Assembly (NCBI GenBank): GCA_025603075.1
Contig: MU626457.1
Span: 1 to 35,845, forward strand
Direction of reading: 5' to 3'
Source: Neoconidiobolus thromboides FSU 785
Taxonomy: Eukaryota; Fungi; Entomophthoromycota
Length of the DNA: 35,845 nt
Shown here: one piece after another, positions 12,804 to 23,719 of the stretch
Numbering within the stretch: position 1 is the stretch's first letter
How the letters are laid out: every line of letters begins with the position of its first letter
Translations under genes and position numbers: made by a program
Notes under the pieces: model-generated
What the model was told of the DNA's origin: nothing
The model's database searches: none
What the model saw: only the letters and a program-made list of their open reading frames with translations

Positions 12804-14480
12804 CCTACTTTAAAAGTAATAAACGATATGGGACCCATCCTTGAAACTAAGAAAAATTACCTGGCCTAATACTAGCTTACTGTTGACCTTGTACCCTTAC
12901 TTAACACTTGAATAGTTTGCTATTTGTTTATGAGTTACATTTTTCTTTACTTCAGTACTATTGACTTAGTTCGACCCTATTGTTGCTGTATAACCTTGCT
13001 TCAATATTTGAATAATTTAAAAGCTATTATAAAATATAATAAAATATAATAAAATATAACTTATAGACTTATTATATCGCTTTTTGTATTTCAGGACACT
13101 TTTACATTTTATTTTTTAAAAGTAGATGATTGCAATGTCATAAAGAATTTTGGTCAAAATAATTTAATTTTCAAATATAGGAAACATTTATCATCCTAAC
13201 CGGTAACTGAGATTTCTTTAATGTATTAAAAGCGTGTTAAAACATAGCAAACGGTTTAATATTAAATTTGTAAGCATAATTGATATTCAATGATAACAGG
13301 AAGTGATTCACTTTATTTGTGTTATTCTAGCTTACTATGTAAAGCAAAAGTTCAAATTCCTAGGGTAATGTAATTGCCAAAGTAATAAAACAACCTTTTA
13401 AAATAATCTAAGTTTATATAATAGAGTTATTAATTAGTTTATCAATTTATTTTTATTAAAATATGATTGATAAAATATAACTGATAAGAAGTGAATGTAG
13501 ATAGATTAATACTACGGGGATACCTGTCTTTAAGAAATTTACTATTTCTCCACTTGATAGTGCTCAAAAAATAAAAAATGAAGTCAAAGCATCACTTATA
13601 CTTAATTAGAAAGTAAATAGTATTATTTTTTATAATTGATTACAGTAGCCCTAATAAATAATTAAAAAATTTCATACATTTAATTTTAACGTTAATTTGT
13701 TAATGCTTAGTAATTCAATTTTATAACTTTTTTACACCTATATTGTTAAGCATATATTAATATCTCTCTAAAACATACTGCTTATGTACTTAATAATAAA
13801 CAAAATCTTTGAATTTATTTCACATTAAAAAGTATGGTAGTTTTTTTGGGGGCACTGTACATTGTATTACTAACCGTGCTTTTTATATGTAGTAAAAATG
13901 ACTATCTATGGTTAACCAAATTATTAAGGCTTCAGAGTATAATAATGGGCTTTTCATTTTAAAATTATGAGAAGAAATTATACTTTGGTGCATTGTTTCA
14001 AACTATCAACTAGTACTTTGACTCTAGAGTCGTTATATACATACTTTGTTTACAACTTTGATTCGGAGCCACAATATTATTGAATAATATAGCTTCAACA
14101 ACTTATTGATTCTTAATTTCAGGATTAACGTAGATGTGGACTATACATTTAAATTGGAGGGACTGTTGATTTAACTGTTGATAAAGTATTACCTTGTTGA
14201 TTGGGATTGAATATAAATAAATAATAATAACAATTAGCAAGTAGAAAATCAGATATGCTTTATTCAGGACTAGCATTTTTTTAGAGTAATTTTAACATCA
14301 TAAAATGAAACTAAGTTAAAAGATAAAAAAATAGTAATGCTATGGTCAAAACTTTCTTAATTAAAGTAGTTGATTTTAATCTATAATCTGATTTCCTAGA
14401 TGATTATTTTTCTAATTATACATCCATATTGGATCGTTTGGTTTATATAAGATAGTTTAAGGATTTGAAGAATATCAATA

Positions 14481-14583
14481 TATGGGAATGTATTTTTGTA
14501 TTTAAGAATTTTACTAACAGTTTTTTCACTCAAATAGCGCTTAAAAGATGGAAAAAATAATGAAGCCAAAAAAAACATCCCCA
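14481..14583 (+). mobile_element. MITE-like repeat copy 6
   Basis: TATGGGAATGTATTTTTGTATTTAAGAATTTTACTAACAG...GAAGCCAAAAAAAACATCCCCA. Confidence 0.85.
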
Positions 14584-16305
14584 CATGTATATCATATCTG
14601 AAGAAATTTTGAAGATTTAGAAAATATGGAAATACATCGATGGATAAGACATATTTTTCACTACTTTAATCCCACTCTTTTAACGGGGAGTTCATTTTCT
14701 TAGTTAAGGAAAAGGAGTGCGTTATCCTTGGCTACCTGTTTCTCCTTTAGACGATCGTTGGATTTTTTTTGAAAATATGTACCAAAGACAGTAATCATTA
14801 TATTAACATAACAGCTACTAAAGAAGCATTAATAGCAAGGAGAGTGTTGACTGAAAGACTGTAAAATTTATAATAAAATATATCGCTTTAACGATAAGGT
14901 ATCAAATGTAGGTATATAATCTTTCTTATTAAATTAGAAACAATAGCAATAATAGCTATAAGATTTTTATATTTTCTTTTTTTTATTCAATATGATATTT
15001 TTGAATTCATTAGTAAGTACAAAAAACAGAATCATTTTAACACTTATATTTACTTAAATATTATTAATTCAAGCTAAATGTATTTGTTTTTTAGTTTATA
15101 GACATAGATAAATCATTTATAAAAATAAATTAGAAACTTTTATTCGATATCAAAGCTCAAGATATATATATGGGAATATTAGGTCAATATATTTGAAAAG
15201 ATGACAATGATGGTGTAATTATTCTGTCTACTAATAGCAAAAAAACTGTAATCTAAATTAGAAAGTGGCGATTTGCAAATACTTTAAAGCCTTTTTAATT
15301 TAAGCTAAAGTTAACACTGGTGCCAGTCACACTAGTTAAGTTCACCATCCTTACAAGTCAAAAGATAGCTTTTTGAAAACTAGCATCACTTTGGGTCTAG
15401 TTTTATTTATTATGTCCATTCAAGGGTAGGAAATTCTTAAGCACACTTTCTATATTACTAAAAACTATCCATTAATAAGCTGTGTCCTCTAAATCAACTA
15501 GTAAACTATTGAATTCAAAAAAATTCAATTGAAAACATTGTGCTTTATTAGTGTAAAAGAAAAACCTGGGTTAATCTGGAAAGAGATCGAAAATAGAAAG
15601 GCCTTTCAGCCTGAAGTTAAGGCTGTAGCGAAGGGTGATGAAAAGCAATTGTTGATAGAGATGAATAAAACCCAAGCTTTAGTGGGTTTTCTAAAATGTA
15701 GTTTAAAAGGAAAAGCCATTTTCTTTTAAATATTTTGTAATATGGGAGAGAGTGAGGCATTGAGTTTTTATTGTTGCAAATAAGATACAGAGCTTCGATT
15801 CTTCAAAAAAGAAAAAGTTGTTTCATTAAAATTTATGAAAACTAAAATATAAGTATAGATAAAAATTAGAAATTAAATGATTAGACAATATTGGTATACT
15901 AATATTAAATGAAAACTGGGCTAATATTAAAATATCTTAATACCTAAAAATAATTATTACTTGTCTTTATACTCTTTCTCCCTTTTCTAAGCCCTCACTG
16001 CTACTACCTTCAGAGCTATCCACTCATATTGAGCTAAATTACTAGAAAATAATTTCTCTACTTCCCTGGCAGCGATTGCTCTACTATACCCCTACACAAG
16101 TTTATATCATTTAGAATATAAATTTATCTAAGTTATCCCAGTCAAATGCCAGTATTCTTACGCTCAACTATGTTCTTTTATTCTAGTAGTTTTTTGCATT
16201 ACTTTTTTTTGGCTTCATAACCTTTTTAGCTAACTTTACATTTTATTACCTCTTTAATAAATAAAAGCTTTTTTGAGATTTTTGAAAAATATCAAGAATT
16301 CAATG

Positions 16306-16410
16306 TATGAGGGATGTTTTTTTAATTTCATTACTTTTTCCGTTTTTTAAACTCTATTTGAGCAGAAAGATTGTTGGTAAAATTGTTAAACACAAAAATA
16401 CATCACTATA
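16306..16410 (-). mobile_element. MITE-like repeat copy 7 (diverged)
   Basis: TATGAGGGATGTTTTTTTAATTTCATTACTTTTTCC...AAACACAAAAATACATCACTATA. Confidence 0.75.
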
Positions 16411-17605
16411 TGGTATTTGTTTATTTATTATTAATTGTTTTATATTTATCTAAGCTCTTTTTTGTCCCCATTAAAATAGACAGAAATATTTATAGCAATT
16501 TGTCTGTATTATTTATTATTATATTCAAAGTTGTCAACATTCTGATTTATTTTATAAAACTATTTAAATGAAAAAATCTATTTTTTGTAATTTTTATTTT
16601 AAAATTATCCAAGTACTACTTTATCATTTTCATTTAGGTTATACATTGACAATATTATTACTTGACTTTAACTTTCAATATGGCCCAATCTTAACTCAAA
16701 CTTGGCTTGTTGAACGGAGGATCTTTTGATAAAAATACTTTTATTCTGTCCCCACTTTTGCATTCAGAGGAAGGCTTAGGGGTATATTAACAACCCCTTC
16801 AATACTAACACTTTAATTTAAATTGAACAATTCAGATTTTTCAACTTATCATGGCTCCTTTTGCTACTTGTCTGAGAAATTGCATTCTAAAATAACTGAG
16901 ATTGATTTTAGTTACTATTGAGAATATTAATAGATTAATTTAATATTATTGGGTTAAAATTGTATTTAAATAAATTGGAAGCTATCATTCATTTAAATAG
17001 TAAATAGAAATTAGCTGATGCTACTTTAATATTACACCATTATTACTAGTCACTGTAATCAGAGAGTCATCATATCAAAGTCAATTTTTACAGAATTTTA
17101 ATATAATCATTTATTGAGAATTTAGGAACAGTGTTCCTTCCAAAGATTACAATAGATCTTAACAAGGATCTATTGTGGGTCATCGGATGCTTAGTTTTCA
17201 ACCAGCAATGATCCAACCTCAGTAGGTACTTCATAGGTCTGGATTTACCCGTGCACAAGGATAAAGCTTATCGGATGTCAAATTGGGACTATTTATAGTC
17301 CATTTGAAACATTGGGATTTTTAATTAGTGGGATTCTGAAACCTTTTCAAACTTTTTAAGTAATAGTTGATTGGCCAATGATGAAGTTGGGATCTCATTA
17401 TGAGATTTGAAATCTATGGTTTATTCTTAAAATCTAGAAATTTAGAGTCTAATTTTATAACTCAAAATTTACAAATTAGGTTTCAAAATCAAATGGTTGG
17501 TGGGGTAAAAGTTACAAAATTTTAGTCAACCCAAAGTTAATGTTTTGAATTTTTCATTTTATATGTCAATTGTAAATTCATCCGTTTAAATTTCTATCTT
17601 TTTAA

Positions 17606-18890
17606 ATGGCTTTTAATTTTAAATGGTCCGATTTTCCACAAGAGTTTTATGATAAAGCTCAAGATATGCTAACCAGTGCTTTAAATAAAGGTACAAGACC
17701 AGCTATGGTAGCGGATAAAATTGTAGTTAAAGAACTTAACTTTGGTACAATAGTAAGTTTTTATAACTTGTTATAAATCTAAATTCTCTTGAGAATTTTG
17801 TAAATTTTAATTCAAATATATACTTAACCTTTATTTATTGTAGGCACCAGAGTTAGAAATATTAGAAATAGGAGAGTTATCTGAAGATAAATTCAAAGGC
17901 ATATTGAAATTAACTTATAATGGGGATGCTTTTATAGAATTAACAACAAAATTACAAGTTAATCCAGTTATTATTAACTCAGAAGTAAGTCTTCAAGCAA
18001 GAAGAGGGATACTTGCAGCTCACCAGCCCTTGATTATGCCAATGCTGTTAAAATTAAGCCAATTAAAATTAAGAGGAATTATAACATTATCACTTTCAAA
18101 AAGTACAGGGATAGCCTTATCGTTTAAAAATGATCCACTTGTTGGGGTAGAGATCAGCTCCTCTTTTGATGATTTAGAACCAATTCGATCCTTTTTACAA
18201 TCTCAAATAGAAACCAAATTAAGAAATGTATTGATTGATGATTTGCCCCAATTATTTTATTCATTATCGGATAAAATTATAGCAAAAAAAGAATTAGCAC
18301 CTTCAAGAAGTTCAGCTTCAGTACCTTCATCCCCACCCACGCCGCTTTATTCTCCTTATTCAATGAGAACGAAATCACCAGAGGGTATTTCAAAGATTTC
18401 TAAAGAGTTTAATTCAATACAAGAACAAGAAAATATCGATTATTTTAAAGTAGGCTATAAAACTCAAATGGATCAATTATCACCCAATAGCCATACTAAT
18501 AGCAGTTATGCAAGTAATAATGAAAATCAAGGTAAATTTTATAGTCGTTCACCACCGTTACCAAAAAAAGACTCTATGCATCCAAGGAGAAATTTTTCCT
18601 TAGATCATTTTCCTAGTATGACTAGTGTGTTTACTAGATCCTCTACAAGCTCGAGTTATTTTAATCATCATACTATATTAACAGAATCAAATATAAATGT
18701 AGACACCCCTAGTTGTAAATCACCAACCTTATCTACATTTTCTACTTGTAGTCATAATGAAGCTAAAATTTATAGTCGTGGAGGACAAATTCATTCCAAT
18801 AGTATTAGTTCACCGCCATCTCATGGATTGAAAGACTTACTAGAACCAGATATTAAAGTATCTGATTCTAGAATTCATTCCAAGTTTTAA
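17606..18890 (+). CDS. MDM34: ERMES complex subunit Mdm34 (SMP domain), 2 exons: 17606-17752, 17844-18890
   Basis: MAFNFKWSDF...LTSALNKG...IVVKELNFGTI|APELEILEIGELSEDKFKGILKLTYNGDAF...FKNDPLVGVEISSSFD matches the fungal Mdm34 N-terminus; GTAAGT...TAG intron keeps frame; Ser/Pro-rich tail. Confidence 0.92.
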
Positions 18891-19153
18891 AATTAAGAGT
18901 TAAATTGAGTAATTGATTTCATTTCTATTTTTAAAGCTTTTAAAAGTTGTTTTTATGTTGTATCATTTTATTTTAGATTAAATAAAATTTATTGTCTTTA
19001 ACATTTATTTAATTTCTATTATTTCACACTTTTTTAAGTATTTTGCTTTTACAATATTGGATTGAATTAAATAATCCAACAAAACGATAATGAAATAAGC
19101 ATAATAATATGATAGTATAAATATAATAAATAATAATTAAAATTTTGTATAAT

Positions 19154-21048
19154 TTAATAACGTTCTTTAAATAAAGAAGGTTTCCAATCAATAGGATGAG
19201 ATTCTGGAGTAGCTTGATCATCTTCCTATATAAAATAAAATAAAATAAAATAAAATAAAATAAAATAAATAAATAGAACCCATCAATTTCATTAATATTA
19301 TTAGAATTTACCTTCCAAATTTTAATAGTTTTATCTGCTTCCCCAGTAATAAATCTTAAACCTGTTTTATCAAAAGAAGAACTAAAGATACCCGCTTCGG
19401 AATCTAAAGATCCAGGTTGAGGTAAAGATTCCACTGTTTGAAAATTATATCCACTTTTCCAATCCCAAAATTTTAAACTACCATTATCGCCTAAATAAAA
19501 ATACATTATATATTATGTTACATTTTACATTATTTAAACGTACCACCAGTAACCATTACATTATCCTGATTAATTGAAAGAGAATTGATAATAGCATCAT
19601 GACCCGAATAGTTTTGAATAAATTTACCTTCAGGACATTTAAATTGTTTAATGTTATCCGGAGAAGCCGATGCAAAAGAAAATTCTCTTGGATGTAAATC
19701 AATAGCTCGAACTGCTTTTTTATGATGTGTAAGTGTATGTAAAGTTTTACCCGCCGCTAAATCATATAATTTGACGGTCGCATCCATAGATCCAGTAATA
19801 ATTTGTGGATCCGCTTCTTGACATTTAACTGTTGGTATAGTACCACGATGACTGGTTAATGTATGAATACATTGTTTAGTTCGCATATCCCATACCCTTG
19901 CAGTAGAATCTCTACCCGCTGTTACAAGCACATCTAATACAGGATGTATGTCTAAGGCATATACAGCAGATAAATGGCCATGATAATGTCGAATCACTTT
20001 GTTATATTCTAAATCCCAACATTTCACCATTTTATCTTCACCACAAGAAAATAAATAAGGATGACGAGAGGATACACCTAAACCTCTTACAGTACTTATG
20101 TGGCCAGTTAATGATAATTTTAATGTTCCAGACGCTAAATCCCAAATCTATTTATTTATCAAATAATAAATAACATTGCTTAATACTAAAATGAAATAAA
20201 ATGATTACTTTTATTGTTCTATCACCAGAACCAGTAGCAAACCATTTATTGCCAGGTTCAACAGCAATGGATCTTACCCAACCTAAATGACCTGATATTA
20301 CCTAAAATTGAAATTAGCATAATTGATATAAATTAAAATAGGTTATCTATTATTCTTACTCTCATAAGTTTCCAAGGAGCATGCCATTCTGGTTTAACTC
20401 GATCAATTTCCCGACGTTTAATTAAAGCGCCCCCTTCACCAGTACCAAATATACTGGAAGTATTACTTTTTTTATTTAATAAAGTTAACACCCCTGCTGA
20501 AGCATCCATTTGTGTACTTCAAAATAAAAATTAATAACATAGTTTGATATAATAAAATGGTATTACCCTTGATTGATGGATAATTGATTTAATGCATCGT
20601 TTGTCACACACTCATTTTCTATTGATAAATCTTCATCTTCAACTGGATATAATGAGAATAAAAATAAATTAATGATGCAATTTAATAACTAATTAGCTTA
20701 CCTGCTACTTTATCTTGATCTACTTTATTTTGTTGTTTAGTTAAAGATTTTGGTAACTGTTTTAGGTTATGATATTCATCTTTTATTTTTACGGATAATT
20801 TTATTTTTTGACTAAATATTTCAAAATAAAATCATTTAAAAAAGTATAATAATTTCAATCAAATTTATTTACCTTGCTGGTATATCTTCTAACTTGGTAT
20901 CTATCACTTGTTTATTTTCAGGAAATAAAGCTAATGCTCTTTTTTTACTATTTTCTAATAATAATTTTATATGTTGTTGAGGTTCTATTGAGTCTCCTTT
21001 TATCTCCTTTTCATTTGCATTCACTTGATTTTCCAATTCACTTGCCAT
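19154..21048 (-). CDS. PRP46: Pre-mRNA splicing factor Prp46/PLRG1 (WD40, NTC), multi-exon
   Basis: [13 protein letters not shown]|[31 protein letters not shown]|IWDLASG; [23 protein letters not shown]; SLDSEAGIF; last exon [16 protein letters not shown]; GT-AG introns; true ATG at 21048 (ORF track start at 21054 is TTG). Confidence 0.95.
19231..19268. repeat. (TAAAA)n microsatellite in the last PRP46 intron
   Basis: About 7 pentamer units forming the minus-strand pyrimidine tract. Confidence 0.8.
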
Positions 21049-21213
21049 CTTCAAAAAAGTAAATTTGAAATTTGAATAAAGATTAAACCCAATAAATTAT
21101 CATTGGTTTAAAATATCGACCAAAATATCAACATCGAAATTATTTTTAAAAAAACAATTGAAAATGCTTTTACTCTATCTTTCGGATTTAAATAAAGTAA
21201 CAACCAGAAAACA
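21049..21213. promoter_or_regulatory. Putative bidirectional promoter between PRP46 and prefoldin 5
   Basis: Head-to-head start codons separated by 165 bp. Confidence 0.55.
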
Positions 21214-21991
21214 ATGGCAACACAAGATAAAAATTCAGAGATGATAGATTTGGCTTCTCTACCACAACAACAATTGGAGCAAGTTAGAGAACAATTAAGA
21301 GAAGTAAAACGAAACATAACATTAATTTGAAACTGGATTAAAAAATTATAAATATTTAGGAAATTTCTCATTTTTCTACTTCATTTAATAAATTAAAACA
21401 AGCTCAAGTTACATTTTTAGAATGTAAAACAAATTTGAATGAAATCAATGAAGGGAATAAAGGTAATTATATAAAAAAATAAGTATAATTGAATATCAAT
21501 TCTTAATTTTAATCTGTATTTAGATAACCAAATCTTAGTACCACTTACAAGTTCAATATCCTTTTTTTATAAATAATAATACTAACATGAAACATATAAT
21601 GATAATTTATTATTAATCTTTAACCTATTAACACATTTATGTACCTGGTCAATTAAGAGATGTTCAAAAAGTTATTGTGGACGTTGGTACCGGTTATTAT
21701 GTTGAAAAGGTAATTTCATTATTTTTATTTCTATTTAAGTTTATTAAAAATGTTGATCCAAATTAGTCAATATCTTCGGCTAAAACTTATTATGATAAAA
21801 AAGTCAAAGAGATACAAGCTAATTTAACTACTTTACAAGATACTATTGCTAAAAAAAGAAATAATCTTAATGGTAAATATTTAGATTTGTTGTATTATAT
21901 AATGTTTTAATATCTTCTTTTATATTTAGTCTTAGAAGATATTTTAGTTTATAAATCCAATCAAGCTTTAAAAGCAAGCGCTAAAAAATAA
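21214..21991 (+). CDS. GIM5: Prefoldin subunit 5, 155 aa; exons 21214-21303, 21360-21462, 21524-21555, 21635-21709, 21767-21872, 21930-21991
   Basis: Spliced product contains ILVPLTSS|IYVPGQL...[13 protein letters not shown], the alpha-prefoldin signature; exon lengths sum to 468 nt; missed by the ORF track because exons are short. Confidence 0.93.
21556..21634 (+). other. U12-type (minor spliceosome) AT-AC intron, 79 nt
   Basis: 5' end ATATCCTTT, branch site TCTTTAAC at 21617-21624, 3' end AC; removal restores PLTSSIYVPG exactly. Confidence 0.92.
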
Positions 21992-22381
21992 ACTAGTTTT
22001 TTTACTATTGAATATTTTATGTTTATATTAAGGGTTTTTATTATTTGGATTGTTTGTTGATATTTATAAATTGAATTGATGATTGTTGTTATAGGGTTGT
22101 TGTTATTTTAAAACAGAAAATGGATCCAGTCATAAGGTTGATATATAATTCATAGACTGGTAAGAAGATTAGGTTAAAACAATTCATAATATAAATGTAT
22201 TAATCTGATAGTTAAATAATGTGGGAAAGTATACTTTAAACTAAATTTCATTTTTTAAAACATTACAGAACTATTAAAAAAAATTATAACTTTGATATTA
22301 ATATTAATACTTCAATAAAATTTTACTATATATTTGATTATTAATAATATATTTTTATATAAAAAAAGGCTTATTACAACA

Positions 22382-22454
22382 TGCTCCGTATAGGGCTTGA
22401 ACCTATGACCTTAGCGTTATTAGCACCACGCTCTGCCAACTGAGCTAACGGAGC
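22382..22454 (-). tRNA. tRNA-Ile (anticodon AAT), 73 nt, intronless
   Basis: GCTCCGT TAGCTCAGTTGGCAGAGC GTGGTGCT-AAT-AACGC...GGTTCAAGCCC...ACGGAGC A; acceptor stem, D arm and T loop all present. Confidence 0.95.
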
Positions 22455-22722
22455 CCGATTATTATTTACTGTTTGCATAAAATTTATATATTTAATTTTT
22501 TTTTAAAATTATTGACTAATTATTTAGTAATGTCGATGTGATGTGTAATTCAATGAAAGGCAAAGGAGAGATAAATGGATGGAATTTTTAGGCATGAAGT
22601 CGATGGCGAACGTTCTATGCATAATTATAGCAATACTCTTTTTAAATAAAGAAAAAATTGATATATGATAAATATGAAGCTTTATTTTATTTCTAAAATT
22701 AAATCAAGCCGACCATTCAATA

Positions 22723-22825
22723 CATGGGAGTGTCTTTTTTGACTTGATTATTTTTTCCATTTTTTAAGCGCTATTTAAGTGGAAAATTTGTTAGTAAGAT
22801 TCTTAAATACAAAAATACATCCCCA
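22723..22825 (-). mobile_element. MITE-like repeat copy 8
   Basis: ATGGGAGTGTCTTTTTTGACTTG...AAGCGCTATTTAAGTGGAAAATTTGTTAGTAAGATTCTTAAATACAAAAATACATCCCCA. Confidence 0.85.
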
Positions 22826-23200
22826 CATTGTGAATTATTGGGACACTCCCATATCTCAGAGCTTATAACGTCACTCCCATCTACATATCCAATTATAAAT
22901 AAACTATTAATATCTATATAATTGTAACAGTCCTCATGTTCCAGATTGATAATCGATTTAACATTAGCAAATTCTTCAGAAGTGAATATACTTATTGCTT
23001 CCATCAACATATTTCAATAGCATTTCAATCTTGTCATAAAAAACTATATTAATCTTCTTCTTTAATATTCGAGATATTATCATATTTAAAAAAAATTACC
23101 TGGATATAGACATGATAAATATTATTTTGTAATACAAAAAAGCGAGGATACATTCTACCATTATTGGAAAGCATTTTATCATTCAAATAATGATTTAGGA

Positions 23201-23304
23201 TATGGGGATGTATTTTTGTATTTAAGAATTTTACTAACAAATTTTCCACTCAAATAGCGTTTAAAAGATGGAAAAAGTAATGAAGCCAAAAAAACACTCC
23301 CATA
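23201..23304 (+). mobile_element. MITE-like repeat copy 9 (close to consensus)
   Basis: TA-TGGGGATGTATTTTTGTATTTAAG...GAAGCCAAAAAAACACTCCCA-TA. Confidence 0.88.
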
Positions 23305-23719
23305 TTTTCAATATTATTAATTGGATAATTTTGACTTCAGTGTGGCATTATGGCCTTCTTTTTACTCTTCAGGACATGCGGAAGGTATACCAAACTCAGA
23401 CTTATCATCATAATATGTCAATACACACATTTACTAGAATGGGTATTTTACACGCTCTCCTGTTGCTAAATTACATATTGTTTTTTGATTAGGCTAAATT
23501 ATTAAAAATTTCAAAATTAAATAAACATCAAAACTCAAAACTTAAAACTCAACTAGTTATTAAAGTTATCTTATTTTTTGAATTTTGAATTTGAATTGAA
23601 ACTTTAATTTATTCGTTTTACAAAATACGTCAACAGTAGTTTTAGTTTGAGCAAAATAAGCACTTAAATTAAACCCCTTTTCATCCCAAACAATTAAAAA
23701 AAAGGAAATCTTATCAATC

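Noticed and set aside
14396-14584. MITE reverse strand reads as a short ORF (MGMFFLASL...KNTSP)
   Set aside because: Indels and stops break it in several copies; about 35 open codons can occur by chance. ORF-track entries at 4751, 4913, 16371, 22771, 23049 and 23268 overlap repeat copies and are not called genes
17248-17262. CCCGTGCACAAGGAT resembles the U6 snRNA internal stem-loop (CCCCTGC[A/G]CAAGGAT)
   Set aside because: No ACAGAGA box or AGC triad upstream and no U6 3' region; likely chance
20874-21371. ORFs 20874-21062 (+) and 21108-21371 (-)
   Set aside because: Antisense to PRP46 exon 1 and prefoldin exon 1; AT-rich hydrophobic artefacts
22553-22585. AAAGGAGAGA...GGATGGAA resembles two pieces of U6atac
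   Set aside because: The central AGC triad and stem-loop between them are missing
22860-22890. YVDGS on the minus strand, similar to the RNase H YTDGS motif
   Set aside because: No other RNase H motifs or reverse transcriptase nearby
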